The notes under the pieces were generated by a model. That model had not been told where the DNA came from. It did no database searches and worked only from the letters and a program-made list of their open reading frames with translations. Position numbers and translations under genes: made by a program. A DNA stretch of 60,502 nucleotides from positions 160,163,092 through 160,223,593 of the forward strand of contig NC_068981.1 in assembly GCF_001194135.2 (NCBI RefSeq), written 5' to 3'. The stretch's first letter is position 1. Every line of letters starts with the position of its first letter. Shown here in pieces: positions 47,198 through 60,502 of the stretch. The stretch is from Octopus bimaculoides. Lineage: Eukaryota.

Positions 47198-50100
47198 TGA
47201 TTGAAACAAAAGTCCAAGTTAAGCAGTTGGCAGCATGTTAATGGTATAGCACAACAAATAAGACTAAGTCTGATGTACATTAGTGATGCTAACAAATGAC
47301 TTTGACTAAGTATCAAAACTGAGGCATAACCTCAGTATATCAGGGCAATAATATTGATGAAGGGTTGATATAATTGAGTTAAAAGAAGTCAGTGTTTCTC
47401 TGGAAAATATATTTAGAAATATTTTGTGAAAGTCACACAAAATGCTCAACTTTTTACTGATTTAGTTTAGTTAAAACCATTTCCACAATAAATGAAGCAA
47501 ACTTATCCTCAAATGGAATGTAAACTACCATAGTGTTCTTTTTACATTGACAAAAAATCTCATAGGGAAAGAGAAATAACATGTAATACTCATATAAATA
47601 TATACACATCATGGTTTCTCTTTATTATATGTAATAGCTGTAATGTTATCTGATCAACAGGAGATATGTAGTTTGACTCTCAGTTGGGACTATGCCAAGT
47701 TAGGCAATGATACGTGATAAAAATATGATTTAGAGAGAGAGAGAGATGGGGGAAGTATTTTCCATTGAATTGACATGCAAAGATTTGTCCAGCTTTGGAA
47801 ACCATCCAAGTAGAATAGAGAGGTGGTACAAAATTTTGATGAAAGCGCTGAAGGCAGATGATAGGATAGGAATATTTGTAATTGTGGAAGAGGTTCAAAG
47901 ACGGGCACATGGTATCACATTTCTAATAAATGTAATGTCCTAAGAATGTTCAGATATGTTCAGAAGATAGCAATGAGTGTTTAGTGACTACTACCTGGTT
48001 ATTCATGATGAATGATCTTTGGTTTGATAAGTGACAGTTTGGAAAAGCTTTTGAGAAGATAATATCTCTTCTAGCAGGTTAGAGGAATATATCAATAATT
48101 GAAGAAAATTAGAATGTTAGACCCATGAAATATATTTAAGCTACAGAGTGAGATGAATTACTTTAGAAGTTTTGAAGCAAATGCATAGCTATTGATCTGT
48201 AAATTAATTGGTGAGTTAGGTTTTAGATTATGTATCATTGTTTTTTGTTTATATGAATGTTGTGTTGTTTATTTTTGTGTGTGTGTGTGTGTGTGCGTGT
48301 GTGTGTATTTAGTTTTTTATTAAAATGAATGAAATATTTTTTGTTGAATATATGATAATAGTAAGTCAATAATTGATAGTAGTGATAGGTATGCACACAT
48401 TTATGCATGCCATTCATAAATTATCTCAAACAGAGGTAACAATTCATAGGTGTTGTCTGTTTCAATCTACAAAGCTCCTAAAACTGAACTTCTAACCATT
48501 TTCTAATCCCAAGTCAGAACCTTGATTCCTATTATAATTATATTCTAATATCACTGTTATTCTCATATAATCCAGAAATATAATCCCTTTGCTTACATAC
48601 AATTCAAAATCATTACACTTTTAACTGTCTAAACTCCTATAAAAATTTCTGAGAAACTGCAGTTATCCAGTATAAACAGTCCATTTTGCTTCTTGTGGTA
48701 TAAAACTGCTGAACAACAAACCACATGTAATGTGCCCTAATTTCCACAATTTCTTCCTCATATACAACCATACAAACACAAACCCAAATAACAGAATGAC
48801 TCCTGCATCATAATTGAAAGTAAAACTGAAATATGGTGCATTTTGATTCCTTTGAGTTAGGAATCTTTCAGTTGCTTCCACTCAATTTTTTTTTTACATC
48901 ACTGCTGCATATCTTCTTGAGCATAGCTGACTGGAACTAATTGAAAACATGAACATGGTTGAAAATTGATGAAATAATGTCACCAGTCTCCAAAATGATA
49001 AAGCTACGGAAATGTTCAACTTATTCAAAACAGCAACAGCTGTATCAAAATTGAAAGACTTAAAATTCATTAAAAATGGAAAGAAATTCATGTAAAGAGT
49101 GAAACAAAATGTTATATTTCATGCTATTTACAAGAAAAAACCCCCAACAAAAATGTATGGATAACAAAGAAGTATAAGCTGATTGTGTAATTGTTGATTA
49201 ATAATAATAATTCTTAAGTTAATATTCTTTTCTATTGAATGTGATTTTATATTATGAGAGAGTCTGTATACATTCAGTCAATGTATTAGCGATATCAACC
49301 AAATCTTCCTCAAATTGTGCACTACTATCTTGAAAAAGAAAGACATTGCATAATGTCATCCTTTTTATACAAAAAGACATGATGGTCATTGTTAGAACAT
49401 CTTTGATCATAAGTTTGCTTGATCAGGGCTGATTTTGGACTGAACAATAACAGCTTCAATTATAGTACTTACAGGATATCAAATTATGCTGAAAAATCTT
49501 ATCAAAGAAAGCCAGTGTGTTGATGAAAGCACTATATCTGCCTGTGATATGGTGAAGACAATTTTTATCTTAGCTCTCTTCTGAAGGTAGTTTCTAACGG
49601 TATTAATGGAAGGAAATTACTATCATTTGGCTGATATAGATACTTTACTTCCAAAATGTATTCTTGTAACAATTGGTTGGTTTAACAAAATATTTTGTCA
49701 GATGGCAACAATTGATATTTCTGTGTGAAGTGTCTTATGCCATTGTCTGACAAGTTGCCTCCATTCACTATTTATCACTGAGAATTTTTCTACCTGTATC
49801 ATTAATTGAAAATAGCTATATATTTTCACCTCCTGATAAAAGTAACCTCATGCATTGTTGTTAATGTGCCATTTTTGACAGAGTTCAACAAGGAAGTTAA
49901 AAATAAAACTGGCAGCAAAAGATATTGTAATATACAAGATGGGCATAAATCTCAAATTCTCAACATTAAAAAAAAAAAAGGAAAGAAAAAATAAAACTGT
50001 CAAATGGCACCTTTGTATTGACCACTAAACTAGAAACTTGCCTGTCCCTTGATGTCAGAAGTGTTGAGACAAATACATAGAATCACATTTTCAATTTTTT

Positions 50101-52989
50101 ATTGTCAAGAAGACTATACGTCAATTCCTTCAGTAACAAAGGATCAGCTTTGGAGACAGATGGCTAATTCACAACTCATAGTGATTTGAAGGTATTCTAG
50201 GTTTTAGAAACTTATGAAACAAACTATTAATTATTTATTGAGAAATGTTCATAATTTTTACTGCTGCTGTAGTTTGTAAAAAGAGTTATGAAGAACATAC
50301 AAATCTACATAGGTTTTATGGAGCACATTGCAGGAGTGATATTTTAAGTTTAACCAATCAGCATTTTCATTTTTTGATCTTACTGTTGCAAATCAGAAAT
50401 GTTACCTGATAATAAACATTTAGCTCCTCTAATAGACTTTCTTGCACCAGATTGTATGGAAAATTGGAATGCTTCAATGGTCTTAGAGTTTATTGTTTAA
50501 AGCATCCATTAAATCACTTCACATTTTTTTAAAAAGACATTTTAAGGGTCTGTCATTCCAAAGGATTGTCTATTAATACTTGATGTTTAAAGTATTGTTG
50601 ATATGGTTTTGACTTAAGATAAACAGCAAGTATCATTTTTCCCCTACAAGTTGAATTCAGTTGAGACTAAGTGGCCAGCCATGAATGTAAAGCTTTTGTA
50701 ATTGTCTCTGCTATTAATTATTTTCACATTTTTTTCTAAATTGTTATTTCAAATTGGTTATTGATCAACAAGAAATTGCATAGCTTTCGGCTCTTGTCCC
50801 AAATCAAAACAAAAAAAAAAACTGCCAAAATTACTTATTGGTAAATTAAAAGAAGTTTGGTTTTAATTGTATACCTTGCAGGTAAATCTGAAACAAATAA
50901 AGATGTACTTTTCTAGTCTAAACAAATATTGATTTTTATGTCCCAGAAAGTGAAATTGGATTCTCAAACACATGACACTTTTCATTACTTGGAGTTTCTT
51001 GATTTAATGTATTGCTTTGGAAGCTGTTTCTATTTCATTGTCATCAGTTCAATTGCACAGTTCCCATTTTCATTACCTTACCAATTCTCACTACTATTGT
51101 GTCAATTAAACATCTCATGCATCTTTCAAAGTATATGGATCACTGGATGAATGTATTTCATTGTGATATAAACTCTCACTTTGAATGTATATAATTTCTA
51201 TAATTTAAAAAAACTTTGGAATATGTCAACATCAAGAACTATCCCTTATCATTGAAGTGCTATGGCCAATATGAGAAAAATCAATAAATTGGTGCACAAA
51301 ACCGTTTAATTAAAATTAAAAGAGAATTGTAAGCAAAGAAAAAAATTCCAGCAAAATTATCATTTGTATTGATGAAAGTTAGTTAATTTCTTTCACATAT
51401 ACTCTACCAAAATCTAATTCCATGTTACTTTCCTTTCAACAACTGTTAATGTTGGATAATATTCAGGAGCTTATCTAATAATAAAGGTTTGTTTTCTTGA
51501 TTGGATTAACAACACCAGCAGCAACAACAGCAGCTACAAAGAAGTACCATTATTTATTTAATTTTCCTGAAACAGGTAACCTAATCACTTAGAAGCATAA
51601 CTATTAATTGAAAGTATGTTATCTAAAACATATTTTGCTACCAAATCTAGGTGAAGTCTTATTTCCAAAAATTACTTTGAATAGAAACTCATTCATGCTG
51701 CCTTTTCTGTTATCCTCCAACAATTGCTACTTCTACACAACAACCCAAACGTGAAGCCTCTACATGGTTACTTGATCTACTAATAACAGGCAAATTTGCC
51801 TCAAAAGTCTGATTGTAACAACTGGAACACTTTTGTTCATAGGTTTACTCTATCAAGACTGACATGTTGCTAAACAACTACAATACCACCTTCTACACAA
51901 TTTGTTATGAAACCAAATCCAGTGATTATCATGTTTCTTCCCTATGCTCTTTTAATATACTTGATAGTCAATTCTTTAGCAGAACTTCACAGTTTCATTA
52001 ATCAGTTAGAAATTTCAAGGCCATAGATGTTGAGTGAGATCTATCAGCTTTTTGCCTGCATCAGGAACTAATTTTGATGACTTAAGTTTCAAAATAGTAG
52101 TATGAACTAATTAGAATGAGGAAGACTAGTAATTTTGATTAACATTAACAAATTATTTTCATTTCAAGATTTTTTGTTTAGTATCGATTTTGTTTTTTCA
52201 CATGGTGTTGATTTCCTATTTTGTTGCTTTCTGTGTTGTTGAACTGAAATTAGGCTGGTCATTGAATTTCTCTTTCATATTTAAATGTTGTTGGGCTACA
52301 AATGACTATTATTTCTGTTTGCTTGATGACATGGAGTTCTATTGAAAAACAGTATGGTTATATGTGAGCTAACCAAAACAATGTTTCTGAATTTATGTTT
52401 TCTTTAGCTTTTATTAGCAAAATTTCACCCAACATTCCTTTAAAATTATTATTGTATAATAAGAAAAGATTTGTAATGCAAGTGAATCAGAATCAATTTA
52501 TAACACCCAAGAAAGGGCGTATCTACTTAGAATTACTGTTGCTTAGCTACAGCTCAATCTTGAATGAGCAGACTTATGTCACTCAGTTTCTAAGTGCAAG
52601 CAACAGACTCATTGTTCCAGTTATTCCATGCTTCTGCTTAATTGAAATTTATTCTATCCATTTCGACATGTAATGGTTTATCTTATAGTTTTCAGTGTGG
52701 AGGTCTGGGTATGTTGCTTTTTTACCCTTTGTTTTTGTATGCCTTTAGATTCCAGTATTACTAGAGTAAAGATGAATTAGGTAAACTTAATTAGAGCATC
52801 ATAGTTATTCCTCTGCCTGTCATTCGTTGAGAGTTTGTTTTTGTCTATTGAAGGTATTAATACTATTGCTAGTATTCTATGTACACACTTTTCATGTTTT
52901 TCTGGACTGAAAGAGAGAAATAGTGTTTTTAGGAAAGTGATATTGCAATAATGTTGTGGAGTGCTTTGGTGTGTGTGTGTGTGTGTGGG

Positions 52990-53300
52990 GGGGGGTTGTA
53001 CCTATAATGGCAAGGATGTAAGAGTTGGTGTTTGCTCCATCATTAAGCTGTGCTCCTCACATGTCCAGAGGGTCTTTCCCTTTTAGTATTTTTAGCATAT
53101 TGCATCAGTATTCTACAGCTGCTTATGTGCAGCTTGGGATAAAGGGAAGTGTGTTATTTTGTCTTCTTTGTAGTTTGTGGTGATATTAGGGATCTAGGTA
53201 GGACTGGCATAGTTTAAATGCATTTAATGTACTGCTTGTAGACAAGAATTGGTTGAATGCATTGTCTGTGTGTCGTCTTTTGTACATTGTTTTGTTTTCT
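52990..53300 (-). mobile_element. Strongly decayed Jockey/I-group LINE RT C-terminal fragment
   Basis: With one frameshift the minus strand reads LVYKQYIKCI(L)NYASPT*IPNITT, resembling the LxYKxxIRxxLxYAxPxW motif. Confidence 0.45.
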
Positions 53301-53999
53301 GTGTGTGTTGAATGTGATCCTATGTTATGTTTTTTTATCTTCTGTCTGTGTGATAGATTTATATTGTTGAGTGTGATGGTTGACTGTATCCAATGATTTT
53401 TAGGTATTTCTTATAAAAAATAGAGACATTGTGTACGTAGGGTAAGCTCTGATAGCTGAAAGACTACATGCAACCTACAAATTTGTTGTTTTTATATACC
53501 CATCTTCAGTCTAGCTGAGAACCACCATTACAATTATAATTACACCAACATATTAGTGAGATGTGGGTTTAAGTTTCATTGTTATTCATATTTTTATTTT
53601 CTCATCAATCCCTACTAAACCACAAAAATTTTTTTTTTTTTTTTTCAATTATCAATTATCAATTATTCAACCTTTTAATTCTTTCTATAAAATATATTCA
53701 GAATACAAAAAATTGTTTCTATCATATCTTTATTGTGAGTATTTCATAAACATTATTTGAGACTGTTGTATTGAAATAAATTTCAGTATAAATTACTTCT
53801 GCAAACCAATATAGCTTTCAGTTTGGCTTACCATTTTATCAATGCCATCAATATCATTTGTCACAAGTTCAATGATATATTGTGTACAATATCAGACCTA
53901 GCCAACAACCACCTATGAAGGTATTCAAAAACTACACTTAAAATCCCACATACAGACCTTTCCCTCTTCTATGTGTAGCCTAAAAGAATCATGAAGGAT

Positions 54000-54225
54000 T
54001 TATCTTCAACATTTAATCCTGTCATTTCTGGCCCAATATTTCTACCTGTTTCATGTTAAAACTGACTGGATACAACCTCTCACACCTACCCTACAATATC
54101 ATTCTAAAAATATCAGAATACAATATTGAAATCTTGAAGATACAAAATAATGTATGATAAATTTAAAACAATATGAATATATAAGCAATACATTTGACAA
54201 AGATATCTGAATGCTAAAGGGTTGA
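54000..54225 (+). mobile_element. MITE family D, complete copy
   Basis: ggcccaatattctacctgtttcatg...cctctcacacctaccctacaatatcattctaaaaat...tctgaatgctaaagggttga; homologous to 19788-19906. Confidence 0.65.
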
Positions 54226-55939
54226 TATCACCAGAAATCACAGTTTTCTTTCTGACACATGGCTTACACCTTTTACTGTTTACAAACCATACACAAAGAT
54301 TACATGATAGCTTTAACAACAAAAAGAAACCTGCATCTGCTGTTGACAAGATTGTTTAGTAACATTACTATCTTCAACAAATTTGTTATATTATGAGTGC
54401 ATAACTTTCATCAGTTACAAACTAATAAAAAAAAAGAAAGAAAGAAAAGCAAAAGCAATGACAGTCTAAATTTCAATTAAGTCATGTCTAACAAATTGCT
54501 CAAATTAAGTAATTTCTAACATATTGTTCATGAAAACTATTTTTGGATTACTTAAAAACAAAGATTGTATAACATATATCTGCAATATATTGAACAAATC
54601 ATCCATTATACTTGTGATATGTCTGCAATCAACAATAGCAGCAGACTGAAATTTTCCAACAAACAATGATTGCAAATGGAATCTACACTATATATATATA
54701 TCTAAATTGAAAAGAAGATCACCAAATATAATACATTGATGGAAATACTTTTTACATCAGACGGCCCTTTGGATTTTACTCTCAAATAAGGTTAGTATAT
54801 ACTTCTTTTCTTTTTTTTTTTTTTTTCTCTTAATGTCGTTGTTTACATGTTATGTCTAAGTTTGATACAAAATAGTAGTTATACATTTTATATTGATACT
54901 TTCAAATTGATTTTGCATCTTTCTGTATAAATCGGCAGTTCTGAATATAAATCAGCAGTTATAAAACTGTATTATAAAAACAAAACTGTATAAATCAGCA
55001 ATTCATTATTTTTAGCTGTTTGCTTATTTTCATTGGCCTTTATTATTTTTATTTATTTATCATTGTTAGTAGAATTTCAAAAGTTTCTAAAGTTAATAAT
55101 ACATATTTATACAAATAGGTATATAGCAATTCAATGACTTTCTGATATTGCTGACTATTGCAATCAGTAGTTCAACTTACATTAAACCAAGCTGTATTTT
55201 GTTTGATATGTTTTAAACATCAATTTGAAATCCAAATTTTGTATTTTGTATAACTAATATTGTTTTGCGTTTTACAATATTTCGAAATAATGTCGTGATT
55301 TGAATTAATTTTATTGTATATATTTTAGTACTTAGTGCTATACCTTTTTGGCACTGTAAATTTTTTCAGTTTTCTTAAACAACAACTTTTTACATTTCAG
55401 AGATTTTAAATATAACTATTTTTTAAAAATATTTATTTTATTTGTGTAAAATGGTATTGCTAGGTGTTTAAGAACTTTACTTCACCCACTCTGTTGCATT
55501 TTAGGCATAAATGAGTTAAAGAATAACTTACTGAATGTTGTATACAAACAATTCTTTATTGATTAATATTTCCCTCTTAGTTGGAGAAAGAAAACAAAAA
55601 GCCTTGCGGTAATTGCTTGTAACTATCAAAAAAAAAGGGAGAAAATAAATTGAAAGAAGTGAAGAATTAAATCTTACACAGTTAATTGTTATGTTTATGG
55701 GGAAGAAAGCCTGGCCTTTACTTGCAAGCAACTAAAACAATGGGCATATGTTTTGGTCTATTGAACCTCATCAGCTTATTTTTTCTAGTCAAGCCTGATC
55801 GGGTAGTTAACAAAAAATTTTGCATAAAGAAAAACAGTTACTAATAATTATTGGACAGTATAATTTGCATAATTAAAAAAATTCAATCCAAGCCATAGGT
55901 TGACCAATGTTTGTGGCTGAAATGTGCAGAATCTCAAGA

Positions 55940-56329
55940 TATCATCTTCATCATCATCATCATCATCATCATCATTTAACGTCTGTTGTCCATGCTGGCT
56001 TCAGTTGGACGATTTGACTGGGCTGGGATGGTTTTCTATGGTTGGATGCCCTTCCTAACGCCAGCCACTCTAAGAGTGTAATAGGTGTTTTTACATGCCA
56101 CTGGCACAAGTGCCATTTGCGTGACACCAGTATCTGCCAAGACTGCGATTTTGCTCGGCTTGATGGGTCTTCTTAAGCACGACATAATGCCAAAAGCACT
56201 TGGTCATTGCCTCCGTAAAGCCCAACACTTGAAAGGAACTTGGCAACTCTGCCCCCATGGGGCCCAATGCTCGAAAGGAACTCAGCCACCTTGCCTCCAT
56301 GAGGCCCAACACTCAAAGGAACTCAGCCA
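55940..56329 (-). mobile_element. RTE 3' end with a 42-bp tandem expansion, cut by a gap
   Basis: (cat)n tail, family B body and the RT C-terminal relic WHYVVLKKTHQA. Tandem units start at 56209, 56251 and 56293. Confidence 0.8.
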
Positions 56330-56522
56330 NNNNNNNNNNNNNNNNNNNNNNNNNNNNNNNNNNNNNNNNNNNNNNNNNNNNNNNNNNNNNNNNNNNNNNN
56401 NNNNNNNNNNNNNNNNNNNNNNNNNNNNNNNNNNNNNNNNNNNNNNNNNNNNNNNNNNNNNNNNNNNNNNNNNNNNNNNNNNNNNNNNNNNNNNNNNNNN
56501 NNNNNNNNNNNNNNNNNNNNNN
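56330..56522. other. Assembly gap (193 N)
   Basis: N run. Confidence 1.
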
Positions 56523-57129
56523 TTAGGGTTAAAGCAAATTTAAAATGAAAAAAGCAAATAAAACGAAGGTATGGAGATTAAATACGCTTTACATCGCTTA
56601 ATTAGCCAAAGGAGTAAATGTAAACAACTGAATACTTGTCAGTGATTGGTTGAAATTATCGAAATAATACAATTTTTTACATGAAATAAATTCGAATACA
56701 AAAATATTTTTCTGTTCTATAACACAAAATAGATAAGTATACGAAGTTTGAAAGTCTTTCCGTACCAAAAACACTCCGTAAAACATTAATGAAAAATGTG
56801 GCCCCCGTTTTAAAAAAGATCCCAGCCACTTGCTTCCACCATCATTCAATGCTTGTTTTACATACTGGCATGGGTTAGATAGTTTGACAGGATCTGGTGA
56901 GCCACAGGACTGCATTGAGTTCCAGGGTCAGCTTTGACAGAGTTCCTTCAGCTGGATGCCTTCCCTAACACCAACCACTTTACAGTGTGTACAGGGCCCC
57001 TTTTTTTTCTTTTTTTTTTTTTGTATTACAGGCACCATTGAGGTTGCCAAGTACCTTATAAGACAGAAAAAAGAACAGAAAACAAGCCTGCATGATTAAC
57101 TGTTAGGGAGGTGGTTATATATTATTTTA

Positions 57130-57470
57130 CTTGTTTCAGTCATTTGCCTGCAGCCATGCTGGAGCACCACCTTTAGTCAAACAAATCAACCCTAGTACTT
57201 ATTCTATCAGTCTCTTTTGCCAAACCACTAAGTTACAGGGGCTTAAACACACCAACACTGGTTGTCAAGCAATGGTGAAGAAACGAACACAGACACAAAC
57301 ATATATATACAACAGGCTTCTTTCAGTTTCCATCTACCAAATCCACTCACAAGGCTTTGGTTGGCCTGAGGCTATAGTAGAAGACACTTGCCCAAGATAC
57401 CATGCAGTGGGACTGAACCCGGAACTATGTGGTTGGTAAGCAAGGTACTTACCACACAGCCACTCCTGCA
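57130..57470 (-). mobile_element. SINE family A, full length
   Basis: Tail tacttgtttcagtcatttg...gctggagcaccacc through head ...cttaccacacagccactcctgca. Confidence 0.9.
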
Positions 57471-59714
57471 TCTATAAAATATATGTTTCCCCTTACTCTT
57501 CCCTCTCTCTTTTTCTTTATTCGTATTCTTATTCTTTTCCTTAACAAACTTAGACACCCACTTCCATATGTTATTTCTTCATAAATATGTTTTCCCTTTT
57601 GTTCTTTCACTCTGTGCATTCTGTAATTATGTGTGTGTGTTTAGATATGTGGGTATGTTTATGTGTGTATTATGCAAGAATGGCTGTGTGTTTAAGACGT
57701 TCACTTCTCCAGTGTGTGATTTTGGGTTTAGTTTCATTGCACTGCACCTAGAGGCAAGTGTCTTCTGTTATAGTTCCAGGTTGGTCAAAACTTTGTGAGT
57801 GGATTTGGTAGTCAGAAACTGTCATGTATGTGTGTATGTGTGCATGCCTGCATGTGTGTAGGATCATGCATGTACTTAACAGCAAATGAAGGCAAAACGG
57901 CACATCTAATAAAAAAAATAAAAAACTTGTATTATTTCCACCTAAATTGCTTGCTTTTTGCTTTACACTCAGCTGATTTAATCCGTTGACATTTTCCATG
58001 TGAGTAAAATAAGTATCAAAATATTGGGGCTGAGACAATAAACTAAGTCCCTTGAAGGCAGTTCTTCAGTATGGCTGTGTCCAATTATTGTAAACCACTA
58101 ACAATAAAATATATTGTTGCATATCACCATTTTTGCCAGTGGCAAGGAAAATACTGGAATTAGGTTATATTCTTTTCTACCATTTTACTCTTTACAATAC
58201 TTGTTTTGGCTCTACAATTTCATTGCTTGCTGGTTGCTTATAACAGGAAGTGATTAGGAGCTGGTTTGGAATATTGGAATAAACTACTCACCAAACGTTG
58301 GAGGGTTAAATGAAGAATTTATAACGGACCAAAATATTGTGAGCTTTTCTAAGTGATTTTAACCGAACAGTACGGGTGTAGAACATGATGATGACTATAT
58401 GGCAGTAGTAGTTATTTTTCCTTATTTTTACTGTCTTTATTTAATTTCTTCCATTAAAGTTGACCCAGAGTATTAAAACTGGGCTAGATGTATTGTTTAG
58501 TGTCTTATGAACCCAAGTTTCCTTTTGGTTCAACTTTTGTCTTTCATCTACCTGCAGTTTTATTTTATTCCTTTCAATTTTTTTACCCACTAGTACAGTT
58601 TCTGTAGATTCAGATGATTGATTAGGATGGGACCACTGCTTCATGTAATTGTCCTTGAATGCATCTAGAAATAAACCTCCAGCTGATAAACAAAGGCCCA
58701 CTCACCAAAATTCCCATGTTGCATATTTCCAATTCCTCTTCTACTACATGGTTCTTTTTCTTTACACTAGAGTCTTTTATACTACTCTTGAAGCTTACAT
58801 GAGACAATAAAGAATCATTAGCACAATTACATGCCCTTCTATACATAGCAGCCAACTCTTGCTTAAATCACACCTATCATCTTAATAAAAATGGGTATAT
58901 TGGATAAAATGGTTCTGGGTGCTCTGTATTTTTAGAAAAGATGAGATAATTATGTCTGCGTGTTTTTGGTCACAGATTTGAAAAAAAAAATCAAGGTTTC
59001 CATGTGGCTAAAAGACAACAACCAAGCTCATTTGATGCATCACTCTTTCCTCCACTCATCATTCTAGCTATGTATAAACTTCTCAGTTTCTTTCTACATT
59101 ACACACTTGCACTCAGTCCTTCTGTAACTCTCTGGAACTTCCTCCCTGTCCAGGATTTTCCTATAGGTATCAACTTGTAGAAGTTTCAAGTTGAATAACA
59201 ACTGCACCAGTCTCCTCATTTTGGGAGGTCTTATAAAGGTCATAGTCATGTTTCCCCTCCCACTGTAACTAAATGATAATAGTAATAATAATGAAAAGGG
59301 CAATAAAATAAGATTAAGTCAATTACCTGCATTTGCTCTCCATTTCAATAAAGGACATTTTTGCCTTGTAAAAAGTGTCTGTTTAGAGATCTCGCTCTTA
59401 TTAAAAGTTAGGACAATATAGTATTATTGTATCTGCACCAGAGAGACAAATTGGCATGTTTAAGAAGCTAAATATAGCTATCTAAACTCTGGTAATTTTA
59501 CCACCTTCATATATGAATACAAGTTAGACTGTCAAAATGCATAAATTGCTTGAAATAAATGATCATAGCTAAGCTGATTTTTTGGCTTCCATTAGAAAGC
59601 ACTGTGAAATAGCTTAGAATGGAGAGCAAAAAGAAAGTTTCAAAAACAATTGTTTAAGAAATTTAAAACATTCAAATAAAATATTGCAAATTTCTTTAAG
59701 AGATATCTTTTACT

Positions 59715-60090
59715 CATTCCACTCATCAGACTGTGGCCATGCTGGGGTACTATCTCAAAGAATTTTAGTCACTGGAATCAACCCTAGTACTTATTCTGTT
59801 TGTCTCTTTTGCCAAACCTCTAAGTTATAGGAATGTAAGCACACCAGCACCAGTTGTCAAGTGGTGGCAGGAGACAAACATAGACAGAAAGATACACACA
59901 CACAGACGTGTGTGTATGTGTATACATACACACATACATTCATGCTGGGCTTCTTTCAGTTTCAGTCTTCCAAATCCATTCTCAAAGCTTTGGTTGGCCC
60001 AAAGCTATAGGAGAAGATACTTGCCCAAGGTGTCATACAGTGAGACTTAACCCAGAACCATGTGGTTGAGAAACAAACTTCTTACTACAC
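59715..60090 (-). mobile_element. SINE family A, full length, with a (CA/GT)n spacer
   Basis: gactgtggccatgctgggg...gttgtcaagtggtgg...gggcttctttcagtttc...cttgcccaaggtg...ccatgtggttgagaaacaaacttctt. Confidence 0.88.
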
Positions 60091-60238
60091 AACCAGAAAA
60101 AAACTAGAATATACAGTCTATTACTGGTTTCAACATTGAACTGCCACTATACTGGAACCATTGTTTTCAAGGATTTGAGTTGATGAGTTCAGCCTGGTAC
60201 TTATTTTATTGTTTGCTATTTGTCAAATTGCTAAGTTA

Positions 60239-60502
60239 CACATGAAATGTTTAGAGCGGGATCTTTGCCAGTGCCCCTGGACTGGCTCATGTGCGGGCGA
60301 CACATGAAATCTTTCGAGCGAGATCGTTGCCAGTGCCCCTGGGCCGGCTCTTGTGCGGGTGACACATGAGGTTTTTCGAGTGAGATTGTTGCCGGTGCCC
60401 CTGGGCTGGCTCGTGTGCGGGCGACACATGGAATCTTTCGGACGGGATCGTTGCCGGTGCCCTTGGGCTGGCTCTTGTGCGGGTGACTCATGAAATGTTT
60501 TG
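60239..60502. repeat. GC-rich 62-bp minisatellite, more than 4 units, running off the window
   Basis: Units start at 60239, 60301, 60363, 60425 and 60487. Approximate consensus cacatgaaatctttcgagcgagatcgttgccagtgcccctgggctggctcttgtgcgggtga. Confidence 0.95.

Noticed and set aside
47680-47943. Possible CACTA transposase motif (QNFVPPLYSTW…FNG)
   Set aside because: The spacing does not fit the GPL..W.F.FE..NG pattern and nothing nearby supports it.
56523-56528. TTAGGG next to a gap as an interstitial telomere
   Set aside because: A single hexamer is not evidence, and the flank is a dispersed repeat related to 39565-39800.
60239-60502. CRISPR-like appearance of the 62-bp array
   Set aside because: The whole unit is repeated with scattered substitutions. 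There are no unique spacers or cas genes, and the context is eukaryotic.

Overview
This is eukaryotic, AT-rich, repeat-dense genomic DNA from a gapped assembly (five N-gaps). The SINE/LINE complement and (GAT)n/(TA)n microsatellites look like a coleoid cephalopod, probably Octopus; this is an inference from repeat recognition only. The only host gene I can support is an internal part of ASCC3 (Ski2-like DExH helicase, C-terminal cassette). It appears as six + strand GT-AG exons with consistent phases (884 bp, about 294 codons). The rest is intron filled with transposon fossils: RTE, CR1-like, Jockey-like and Penelope retroelements, two mariners, a full-length hAT/SPIN-type fossil, MITEs and many SINE copies. 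The most unusual object is a 2.14-kb retroelement (36585-38727) that encodes only an ORF1/gag-like CCHC protein and has no ORF2. It is bounded by a 9-bp target-site duplication and sits between the A and B boxes of a tRNA-derived SINE. Other notable items are a perfect 242-bp palindrome, a second fold-back hairpin, two decayed Penelope-type hammerhead-like motifs, a PHD-like finger inside an RTE reverse transcriptase, and SINEs with swapped 3' modules. There are no prokaryotic features, CRISPR arrays, rRNA or intact tRNA genes. TE family names come from motif recognition, not database searches.
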